IMG/VR virus record: IMGVR_UViG_3300027708_000021
Strand: one strand, 5' to 3'
DNA: 64,000 nucleotides
Source: a virus
Shown here: positions 49,815 to 58,554 of the stretch, one piece after another
How the letters are laid out: every line of letters begins with the position of its first letter
Position numbering within the stretch: position 1 is the stretch's first letter
Notes under the pieces: generated by a model
What the model saw: the letters and a program-made list of their open reading frames with translations, nothing else
The model's database searches: none
Told to the model about the DNA's origin: nothing
Translations under genes and position numbers: made by a program

Positions 49815-49908
49815 AATGTGCGGTCGCAATATAATTATATAAATACAGTAGAGAACAGTTAGTGCCGAATTGGTCGGGCTAGCGATGTAACTCGCTTAAT
49901 TATAGGAG
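49815..49908 (+). promoter_or_regulatory. PhaR-like operator, late promoter and ROSE-like leader of the phasin-like gene
   Basis: TGTGCGGTCGCAATAT; TAAATA 49840; CTCGCT (49891-96) opposite AGGAG (49904-08). Confidence 0.5.
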
Positions 49909-49915
49909 ATTTACC

Positions 49916-50179
49916 ATGAAACAATTCGATTTTGAAACAATCAAAGAAGCATTAAACCCAGTCAAATTTATTGATCAAGCTGAAAAAAATACACAGGCTA
50001 TTTTGTGCTATGTAGAACCAAAAGAACTCAGCAAGACTTTGGTTGCTTTTACAAGTGACGTTAGTGATTTTGCCCGTGCTCAAATGGCAACATTTCAATC
50101 TATCGTTGAGATTGCTAAAACACAAACTGAAGAATTTACAAAGAGTTTCGAAAAAGTAACTTCAAAAACTAGTAAGTAA
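49916..50179 (+). CDS. Phasin-like (PhaP-like) small helical protein
   Basis: 87 aa amphipathic helix (ELSKTLVAF...DFARAQ...) with phasin-like size and composition; context. Confidence 0.5.
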   Translation: MKQFDFETIKEALNPVKFIDQAEKNTQAILCYVEPKELSKTLVAFTSDVSDFARAQMATFQSIVEIAKTQTEEFTKSFEKVTSKTSK

Positions 50180-50231
50180 TTACTAACATATCCTATCCGC
50201 CTTCATAGAAGCGCACCGCATAGGATCTTCG

Positions 50232-50257
50232 GCCCCTAGTAATAGGGGCTTTCTTTT
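50232..50257 (+). terminator. Intrinsic terminator
   Basis: GCCCCTA-GTAA-TAGGGGC-TTTCTTTT. Confidence 0.8.
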
Positions 50258-50343
50258 GGCTAAATTTTGGCTATAATATGATTGACTTTAATTCCCAGAT
50301 CAGTTATACTGTTTTATAGTACAACACAACTAAGAGGTTAATT

Positions 50344-51060
50344 ATGAAACAACGCATTTTAGTCTTAGCAATGAGCGGTATCCTAGTGAGTTTGGTAGGT
50401 TGTAGTTCGGCTCCGTCCAAATTAAGCAGCGGGGCAGGTATTGAACCTAGCTCTACTGCAACTACTCCCATAGCAGATCAACGCCTAGCAGTAAATGATT
50501 ATAAGAAACAAGGAGTTAAAATTATTTACAGTCTAAGTGGACAGATGGAAGCTATCGAAGTTACTGGGTATGCGCCAACATGGGGCGGTTCACACAATTC
50601 AGCCCGCGAAGCATTCCGTGTAGCTGAATTAGAAGCCAAAAAATCGCTCAACGATTTCATCAATAAAGAAACTATTGCTAGTAAAGTATCTGTTGTTATG
50701 ATTTCAGAAAACTTGGAACACGCACAGGATAATAACAACAATAATTTTTCTTCCAATAAATCTAGCAAGACCGGAAATACAGGCACAGCAGATGACTTGG
50801 TAGCTGCAGATGACGACCCTAGTGTTAAAGCAGCTGCATCTGGCAATACCGAAGAAAACACAGCGACGCGAAATGCCGCTATGAAGATTGCTAGCAAAAT
50901 GAAGACTACTATTATTAATACTAACCAGGGTATCTTATCTGGATTGTACATGAAAGAAGGAACAGTAATCGATGAAGGCAAGGCTGTAAAGGTTGTTATG
51001 CGCTGGGATACAAAACATAATGATATCCGCCTACAAATCGGCCGTATGATGGCAATGTAA
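50344..51060 (+). CDS. Lipoprotein (LPP20-like)
   Basis: Lipobox LVGC; A.R.AEL.AK..L; promoter 50282-50310. Confidence 0.7.
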   Translation: MKQRILVLAMSGILVSLVGCSSAPSKLSSGAGIEPSSTATTPIADQRLAVNDYKKQGVKIIYSLSGQMEAIEVTGYAPTWGGSHNSAREAFRVAELEAKKSLNDFINKETIASKVSVVMISENLEHAQDNNNNNFSSNKSSKTGNTGTADDLVAADDDPSVKAAASGNTEENTATRNAAMKIASKMKTTIINTNQGILSGLYMKEGTVIDEGKAVKVVMRWDTKHNDIRLQIGRMMAM

Positions 51061-52133
51061 TGCGACGCTTACTAGCTATAGTCTTGGTCTTGCTGGCAAC
51101 AGTAAGCCAAGCCCAGGTTATAACTGGAGCCATGCTGTTACAGATTCCTGTTAGCTCAATACTAACAGCAGGATATTGGTTATTTTCTGGCGGTGAAAAA
51201 GTCTACTACATCGAAGTCTTAGGAGTAGGTAAGTCTTACGAAGAGTCTAGACTAAATGGTTTTAGATTGGCTGTAGAGCAAGCAGTAGGTTCTATTATAG
51301 CATCTGAGACCGAAGTAGTCGATAGACGCATAAAGAGAGACGACATCATATCCTATGCTTCTGGCTATATATCTAAGTATGAAATACTTTGGCAAGCCAA
51401 GGATAATGTCATCGGCCATAAGACCCAGATGAAAGTTTGGATCAAGCGTAGTATTATCGCCAATAGATTATTACACGAAAGTCGAGTAGCCGGAAATTTA
51501 GATGGCGCCAAGGCCAGTGTTAATCTAGCATCTATCCAATATGAACGGCAACAGGGCGATAGGCTAGCAGGGGTAGTACTCGATGACTTTTATCGTAGGG
51601 GTATGAACATCGAACTAAAGCCTGCCCAAGTACAATTTGATAATAATCGAAACGGCGTATTAACCATTCCGTTTCGTTTAAGTTGGAATCGGGATTACTT
51701 AAATTCGCTAATCGAAGCCTACAAGGTCACAGCCCAAGATATTATCCCAAGTCAATGCTTTACAAACTGTATTCGTAATACTTCTGTGGTAGATATCCAA
51801 GGACACAAGATGGGTTTTTCGGACACGGTCAAGACCAACGCATTGATCCAGACTATGATATTGTCCGAACCTCAAGTTGAGCTTACTGTTTTTACTCAAC
51901 AGGATCAAGTTATGCACAAACAATGCTTTCGATGGGCGGCTTTGGACCATATAGATGATTATAATCAATCTACATATTTTGTGGATGTTTCGAAAACTAA
52001 CACAGCCAATGTTCGGGTAAATGCTGGTTATTTTATGGACTCCGCTATCCAACTTAAAACTACCCCAAACACTTTGGAGCAGGCCAGTAAAACTCAGCTG
52101 AAATTAGTGCCAAAAAGCCAATGTTCAGCTTAA
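51060..52133 (+). CDS. Exported protein (LPP20/FlgT_N-like N-terminal domain)
   Basis: Signal peptide; G.GKSYEESR.NGFRLAVEQAVG.II.SET. Confidence 0.6.
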   Translation: MRRLLAIVLVLLATVSQAQVITGAMLLQIPVSSILTAGYWLFSGGEKVYYIEVLGVGKSYEESRLNGFRLAVEQAVGSIIASETEVVDRRIKRDDIISYASGYISKYEILWQAKDNVIGHKTQMKVWIKRSIIANRLLHESRVAGNLDGAKASVNLASIQYERQQGDRLAGVVLDDFYRRGMNIELKPAQVQFDNNRNGVLTIPFRLSWNRDYLNSLIEAYKVTAQDIIPSQCFTNCIRNTSVVDIQGHKMGFSDTVKTNALIQTMILSEPQVELTVFTQQDQVMHKQCFRWAALDHIDDYNQSTYFVDVSKTNTANVRVNAGYFMDSAIQLKTTPNTLEQASKTQLKLVPKSQCSA

Positions 52134-52224
52134 TCAAACAGTAACATATCTACTCATAAATACTTGTTGTTATTCAATATCTGTAGTACAATAATATACA
52201 TAGTTAATTAAAAGTAGAGAGAAC

Positions 52225-52803
52225 ATGCCCTTAGCCCCTACCTCAGAAATCGATCAACGCGACACTTCGCAGATATTGCAAGACTCGGGTATCTTTGTAT
52301 TGATGAGCGATGTTTCAGATGAAAGCATTAAACCAATAGTTGAGTGGATACTACTAGAAAACCATGTAACCCAGAAGAAGAAAAAGGAACTGTTATTAAT
52401 AGTATGTTCCGAAGGTGGTTCTGTAGAAGATGCGTTTGCTCTTATAGATATAATAGCGGCTAGCAGTATCCCAGTTAAAACAGTGGGACTAGGTGTTATC
52501 GCCTCTGCAGGCTTGATGATATTCTTAGCAGGGCACAAAGGTCGCAGAATGTTAACACCTAATACTAGTATAATGAGTCATCAGTACTCAGGTAGTTCAG
52601 ACGGCAAGCATCATGAACTGATTAGTATAGCCAAAGAATTTACACTGATCCAACAGCGTATGTTGAATCATTATATCAAGACCACTGGCATGACCAGAGC
52701 CACTGTAATGAAAAAGTTATTACCAACTTCTGATGTTTATCTATCTGCTGAAGAAGCTCTTAAACTGGGTATCTGCGACATTGTATCCGACTTCAAAAAA
52801 TAA
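52225..52803 (+). CDS. Divergent ClpP-like serine protease
   Basis: SEGGSV, IASAG (Ser), MSHQ (His), SDVYLSAEEA (Asp). Confidence 0.85.
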   Translation: MPLAPTSEIDQRDTSQILQDSGIFVLMSDVSDESIKPIVEWILLENHVTQKKKKELLLIVCSEGGSVEDAFALIDIIAASSIPVKTVGLGVIASAGLMIFLAGHKGRRMLTPNTSIMSHQYSGSSDGKHHELISIAKEFTLIQQRMLNHYIKTTGMTRATVMKKLLPTSDVYLSAEEALKLGICDIVSDFKK

Positions 52804-52866
52804 TCAAAACTCTTGCTTTAAAAACAATTCTGTAGTATAATAACATATAAACATAAAAGGAAAGAT

Positions 52867-53472
52867 ATGCCAAGTTTAATTCCAATGGTTGTGGAGCAAA
52901 CAGCCAAGGGCGAACGCAGTTACGACATTTATAGTAGACTGTTAAAGGATCGTATTGTCATGTTGGACACAGATGTCAACGAACACTCTTCTAGTTTGGT
53001 AGTAGCCCAGATGCTATTTCTAGAAGCTGAAGATCCAGACACAGATATCCTTTTCTATATTAATAGTCCAGGTGGTGTAGTAACTGCTGGTATGGCTATC
53101 TATGATACTATGAACTTTATCAAGTGTGATGTAAGTACCATCGTCATGGGACAGGCTTGCTCCATGGGTAGTTGTCTAGCACAAGCAGGAGCAGCGGGCA
53201 AGCGATTAATCCTGCCCAATGCCCGTCATATGATACATCAACCCTCTGGTGGTGCTCGTGGGCAAGCAACGGATATCCAAATCCAAGCTCAAGAGATATT
53301 AAAGATGAAAAAGTATTTGACTGAAATTTATGTCAAGCACAATACCAGGGGCAAGACCTTTGAAGAGCTGACCAACGACATGGAACGGGATAACTTTATG
53401 AGTGCCCAAGAAGCTGTGGACTATGGGCTAGCGGATCGCATAATCACCAACAGATCAGAAGCCGTTGTATAA
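52867..53472 (+). CDS. clpP: ATP-dependent Clp protease proteolytic subunit ClpP
   Basis: IPMVVEQ...[33 protein letters not shown]. Confidence 0.96.
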   Translation: MPSLIPMVVEQTAKGERSYDIYSRLLKDRIVMLDTDVNEHSSSLVVAQMLFLEAEDPDTDILFYINSPGGVVTAGMAIYDTMNFIKCDVSTIVMGQACSMGSCLAQAGAAGKRLILPNARHMIHQPSGGARGQATDIQIQAQEILKMKKYLTEIYVKHNTRGKTFEELTNDMERDNFMSAQEAVDYGLADRIITNRSEAVV

Positions 53473-53511
53473 AAACAACAGGTTGACAGGTAATTCATTT
53501 AATCGTATAAT
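53464..53511 (+). promoter_or_regulatory. GTTGT-N6-ACAAC palindrome plus a sigma70 promoter
   Basis: Palindrome 53464-79; TTGACA-17-TATAAT. Confidence 0.75.
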
Positions 53512-53540
53512 AGTTCTATAGTAAACAAAAAGGAGCAAAA

Positions 53541-53942
53541 ATGAAATTATTTACATACGCAGGTGTTAGTCGTTTGAATGGTGAACTGAAATTGCGTTTT
53601 ACTACATCAGATGCACGTTTCTTACACTTAGTTAAGGTTGGTCATACAGATGTTGAAATGATTAAACTGACTAAACCCCAGGACAAAGATTCTGCTATTA
53701 AAGAATTGCTGGTTCGCAACTTTGACAATGGACGCACAGAAATTACTAATTTGTTGGTTGGTAAGGCCCGTGGTGCTACTGTTAAAAAGAATACAGTAGT
53801 AATTAAAGTTCCACCCAAGGCTATCCAACAACTTACTGGCAAGCAGATTGAAGTAACGGAAGTGATGACTACAGCACAAGCTCGTAAGGTTCGCGATGCT
53901 TGGAACAAGGCTCATGCTCATTTGAGCTATGATGGTGAATAA
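53541..53942 (+). CDS. Early hypothetical protein
   Basis: 133 aa, RBS AAGGAG. Confidence 0.75.
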   Translation: MKLFTYAGVSRLNGELKLRFTTSDARFLHLVKVGHTDVEMIKLTKPQDKDSAIKELLVRNFDNGRTEITNLLVGKARGATVKKNTVVIKVPPKAIQQLTGKQIEVTEVMTTAQARKVRDAWNKAHAHLSYDGE

Positions 53943-54177
53943 CTTGTTTAAAGAATTAAAGGTAGCGGCGTTTATCGCTGGGTACGGACAACTGTACGAA
54001 GATATCGTTGGCCGTAACCTAGCCCATGTACCAATCAGTCAACTGGAAGAGACTAGACTGCAGATAAAGAGTCTAGGATATAGGACAAGGATCCGCTTTC
54101 GTGGCCCTAGGATTGGTACAGACAATCGTCATACCCTTAAACGGCACGCTAGGGCTTTTACTGTATATTTGAAGTAG
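53929..54177 (+). CDS. Hypothetical protein
   Basis: 82 aa; RIRFRGPR motif. Confidence 0.65.
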   Translation: MMVNNLFKELKVAAFIAGYGQLYEDIVGRNLAHVPISQLEETRLQIKSLGYRTRIRFRGPRIGTDNRHTLKRHARAFTVYLK

Positions 54178-54298
54178 ACCGCTCCCTAAAACATCCAAGT
54201 TTGGTTGGATGCCCATCGTGGTCACATGGGGTTACTATCCAAGACCCTAGACTTGGAACCAAGCACTAGGACACCAAGGCCCCGCAAGGGGCTTTGTT
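54178..54298 (+). ncRNA. Candidate structured RNA (three hairpins, one pseudoknot) ending in a terminator
   Basis: CATCCAA/TTGGATG; CCCAT/ATGGG; TCCAAG/CTTGGA with loop CCTAG pairing to CTAGG; AAGGCCCC-GCAA-GGGGCTTT. Confidence 0.45.
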
Positions 54299-54357
54299 GT
54301 AGTTGACAATAAATGCGTTTGATACTATACTACAGTTTTACAACTATAAAGGTTTAT

Positions 54358-54864
54358 ATGGAATACTCAGTTCTTGATATTAGACACTATAGTAATGATG
54401 GGTTGGTTAAATTGTGCAATGTCCGACGGGGAGCAAATAGTCGTTGGCTGTTTACAAGTATTAATGAAGAGCTAATGTACAGCACACATAGGTCCTGGGT
54501 ATATTTTATTGTAGTAGCTGATAAGATATACAAGATTGGCGAAACAGGCAATCCCTTGGGTATTTGTAAAACTCACAGTGATCAACCCATTGGCGGTACT
54601 CGTTGTCGCATGGGAAGACTGGCCAATCATCAAGGATTCCCGGACACTGATGTCTCTATCAGATTGGCACTCACTGAAGCAGTTGATAATAATCAAGTGA
54701 GTATCTGGGCACGAAAATGTGATATAGTAATGAAACAAATACAAATAGGTAATGGTACTCATAAATTACAAACTGCATTTCACAAAGATTTGGAAATGAA
54801 GTACCTAGATTATATCTACGATTATACCGGACAATACCCTGAATTAAACAAAGGTCGTAAATGA
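54358..54864 (+). CDS. GIY-YIG-like nuclease-fold protein
   Basis: WVYFI...YKIGET...R...H...LE..Y...PELN; promoter 54303-54331. Confidence 0.55.
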   Translation: MEYSVLDIRHYSNDGLVKLCNVRRGANSRWLFTSINEELMYSTHRSWVYFIVVADKIYKIGETGNPLGICKTHSDQPIGGTRCRMGRLANHQGFPDTDVSIRLALTEAVDNNQVSIWARKCDIVMKQIQIGNGTHKLQTAFHKDLEMKYLDYIYDYTGQYPELNKGRK

Positions 54865-54892
54865 CCCCGGGGCCCAATTTTACTAGAGAAAC

Positions 54893-54906
54893 CAGCGCGA
54901 AGCGCA
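54893..54906 (+). repeat. 14-bp inverted repeat, left copy (GCGC-GAA-GCGC mini-hairpin)
   Basis: CAGCGCGAAGCGCA; exact reverse complement at 59549-59562. Confidence 0.8.
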
Positions 54907-54925
54907 GCACGTTAGAAAGTCTACA

Positions 54926-56084
54926 ATGATAGAAGATAGTGATTCACCAGAAGTATTACAAGGTCGTACTAGGAGAATAGTCTTGGCCGTAATGATCATG
55001 ACTGTACCTGCTATATTAGTCTACATCGTGTACAAGCTGTTAGACACAGTTATCACCAACATAGTGAGAGTATTGATATAATGAAAGATGATTGGAAATT
55101 TCAAGCAGGATTAACAGACAGTGATGGCAATAAGAAAACTCCCGAAGAACCCATAGGCGCCGTCTGGGATACTGTGACCAACATATGGATGTTTGTAGTA
55201 GCAGGCTTCCTATTTTACCTAGTGGGCGCAGTGATATGGATGATGATTCAAGGTGTATATAACATACTAACAGGCCAATAATCATGAAAACATACGAACA
55301 CCTAGACAGTCTCAATCAACCCATAGACATTGGACAACCCATAGCATTTACTAGCAGCTATCTCAAAGGTGTTAAAGTAGGCATAGTTCGCCAGCTGACT
55401 AAGCAAAGAGTACGAATCAACTTCAAGTACACATATCGCGACCGGCTGGGTGAAGAGCACCCTGCTAGCTATGACACCTTAATAGATCCCCAGCGTACCG
55501 TACAGTTGGGTGAACAATTAAGCCCTACACTGACCATGTTCCTGCTTAAAAATGGTCTCTAGCAAACTAGTCAAACTGGCAGTGGAGCAGTGGTTTGGTG
55601 ATGCTTGGGTATGGCATGTACTCCGTGGGGGACAGAACTGGGGTATAATCCCTGGAGTGAATGAATACATGGATATTACCATTGACAACAAAGAAATAAG
55701 GATATATCCCATAAAGACTAACCGTGAACTGGCTATTAGACTAGCTGTATGGGATTATACCACACTTGACAGAGATGATATGTATGTACGCACTGAAGAA
55801 GACATACAGATGATACCCATACTGTTGGCGAAGTTCTTCGGATGACTCGACTGACTATACCACAAACTACTAATAGAGTAGACCTAGCTGAATACTGTAG
55901 TCGTACAATCAGTAGGCGTATGTATTGGCTGCACAATCAAGTTGGGGGCGAAGGCTGGCGTATATACAGTGAACTACGACCCATCAACCCTGTGGACACT
56001 TGGAAACGACAGATGACTACATGGTATTTAGATGTAGACTGCGAGCAACAGGCCTTGCTAATAAGACTACGCTACGGTGCCTAA
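54926..56084 (+). CDS. Run of five small early ORFs (54926-55081, 55081-55281, 55284-55562, 55552-55845, 55842-56084), two with TM helices
   Basis: Tightly packed, overlapping start/stop codons. Confidence 0.6.
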
Positions 56085-56099
56085 TATAAGCCACTGTAG

Positions 56100-56598
56100 T
56101 CCCTCCGGTCTATATGCATAGAGATAAAAAAAATTTTTGTGCAAATTTTTTGAAACCCTGATTTTAAAGGCACCGAAAGTTCTAGACCTGGGGGGTATGG
56201 TGGGTAATATAATAGGCGATTTTGACGCGGTTTTATCTGACGCCTTTTCCCAGTTTAGTATTTGTATTGTAGCTTAATAGACCTACCGGGGGTACCCGAA
56301 GTTTCTAGACCCCCCACCCCTTACCATACTATAGCCTGACAGGACCTGGAGCTATATAGGAGCTTGAATAGGGCCCTAAATTAGGGGCTGTTTTAGGGGC
56401 TGTTTTTACCCCCTGCACACCGTTGTATGTACGCTACAGACCCAGCCTAGACCGGTTGACATAAGGGCTGAAAGATGTTATAATAAGAGTAGGCGTGGCG
56501 TATTGGCCGCCTAGGCAGATACCATTATGTATCCTTTTGGTTGACATATAATGCCTTTGAGCTTATACTATGTATATAGTAAACAATAAGGAGCACAA
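56100..56598. other. About 500-bp non-coding region with A-tracts, direct/inverted repeats and two tandem sigma70 promoters
   Basis: GGCACCGAAAGTTCTAGACC / GGTACCCGAAGTTTCTAGACC; TTAGGGGCTGTTTT x2; TTGACA-17-TATAAT 56456, TTGACA-17-TATACT 56541. Confidence 0.65.
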
Positions 56599-57329
56599 AT
56601 GATTTCTATTAACTTATCCATTAAGGAAGCCCGTATGTTACATCAGGCTCTAGGGCAAGAGATTAGCAAGGGTTCTAGTACATTCTTAACAGGCCGTGAC
56701 ATACTAAGCCTTAGCCGCATACAAGGTGACTTGGCCTTACAGGTTGCTTGTGTTGAAGCCACTAACAACATGGGAGTAAAATAATGGATGTCAACGCAGA
56801 GATCGTACGCATGAAACGCCAAGGGTATGACATTGTAGACATCTACATCTATGTCAAAGACTATGTCAGTCCAGAAGCATTCGCACACTTATATGAGGCA
56901 CTATAATATGACCCCACAAGTAACCGCATTACCAGGCATGACTCCCTTGGGTTTACCTGAAGATCCACAAGAGCGTTTCATCGCTTATACCCTAGAGTTC
57001 TACGGTGTCAACGGCATATACAAGTATGACTTTACCCGTGAGGAAGTCATCAAGGCCATTGAAATGTACAAAGACTTAGAGGACACACAGTTCCTAGGCG
57101 ATACTGCCGACCGTGAGTTTGTCCGTGATATAGTATTCCACAATAGGGGTGAATAATGAAACTAGCTACTGCCATTAAACAGATCCAAAAAGAAGCGGCA
57201 TTCATAGGCTGGACCGCCCCGGACATTGTTAGAGATATCGCTAAACATGGCCGCATGTTATACAGTGAGCGTACCATGCAAGCATATCGTGTGATCCAGG
57301 ACAAGTTCCCTTTAAAGGAGCAGGTATGA
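56599..57329 (+). CDS. Run of small early ORFs (56599-56784, 56784-56906, 56908-57156, 57156-57329)
   Basis: RBSs and overlapping stop/start codons after promoter 56541. Confidence 0.6.
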
Positions 57330-57600
57330 CCAGCTGGTTAACCATGGCCGCTGTCCTGGGCATCACAGCGGGCGCAGCAGTTTATCACATGACCCAGCAT
57401 GGAACTACTGAGTATAAACCCACAATGACCCGGGCTGTTACTATCACAGGCAAAGGTCAATTCAAATGCCAGACAGGGTGCTAACATGACAGAAATAAAC
57501 CTCGCTTATTACTACCTACAAGACAGCCTAGTCACCATCATACTGTTTGGTATATTTGGCATGCTGGCCATGATATTAATAGCCCTAGCTTGGTTCATCC

Positions 57601-58554
57601 ATGAATAAGTTCCTTGTAATACTAGCCCTAGTCTGGTCCACGTCAGCGGCTGCATTAACCCTCGACGAGGTCCCGGACTTTCAACCCGCAACTATCGCCA
57701 CCGCCCCGCCTGCTCAGTTATTAGGCGATGTACAGATCGAATGGTACACTACCAATAGAAACCTGGCGGATTACCTGCCCATCGTGACTACATTTGACGG
57801 TCGGGGCCGGTTACTAGCCTCATGGACTCCGCACAAAGACGGGGTGAAAAACCGCCCCACATTCATATTCCTACACGGCGGACATGGAGTAGGTGCCATG
57901 GATATCGCTAGTGCACAGTGGGCCCGCAAAGAACTCGGTGCCAATGTATTAGTATTAGACAGCTACTGGAGTAGGGGCAAGCTGGAAAATTGGAAGACAT
58001 GGAATGAATACGGTGCCAACATGCGAGCCCTAGATGCTATCGCAGCCGGTCGATTCGTCATCAGTCAAGGTGTAGATCCCGGTAGTATATACCTACAGGG
58101 CAACAGCCAAGGTGGATGGACTGTACTACGCACTATGACTAGTACACCCTTTCTTAATCAATATAATACTATGTTTCGGGCTGGTATAGCCCTATATCCA
58201 AATTGTGTTACTGGTTACTGGACTAGTTATAAACCACCATTAGGACCTTACAATGGACCAGTGGCTGTATTCACTGCTGGTCGGGACACAGCTACACCTA
58301 TACATGAATGCGACCGGGATATATTCACTCAAGCTACATTATGGAAACATTATCCCACGGCTACCCATGCGTTTGATGCTGTATTCAAAGGTATGTTAAA
58401 AGACCCACCCAGAAATGGACATGGTGAGTGTTCACAGGCACTTAATATATATAATAGATTTGCTATATGCAGAGATAATGAAGTTACAGATGACATGCGT
58501 AATCGGGTCAAAGACTTGGTTAGACAGCTAACTCCTTATAGCTCTATACAATAA
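57601..58554 (+). CDS. Exported alpha/beta hydrolase (dienelactone-hydrolase-like)
   Basis: Signal peptide; HGGHG, GNSQGG nucleophile, GRD, THAFD. Confidence 0.85.
   Translation: MNKFLVILALVWSTSAAALTLDEVPDFQPATIATAPPAQLLGDVQIEWYTTNRNLADYLPIVTTFDGRGRLLASWTPHKDGVKNRPTFIFLHGGHGVGAMDIASAQWARKELGANVLVLDSYWSRGKLENWKTWNEYGANMRALDAIAAGRFVISQGVDPGSIYLQGNSQGGWTVLRTMTSTPFLNQYNTMFRAGIALYPNCVTGYWTSYKPPLGPYNGPVAVFTAGRDTATPIHECDRDIFTQATLWKHYPTATHAFDAVFKGMLKDPPRNGHGECSQALNIYNRFAICRDNEVTDDMRNRVKDLVRQLTPYSSIQ

Noticed and set aside
41393-53472. Bacterial chromosome or prophage flank, given clpX/clpP/clpS/rpsU/iscU/desA
   Set aside because: These genes are interleaved with phage genes, use phage TAAATA promoters and lack bacterial operon context (no tig, lon, clpA, iscS)
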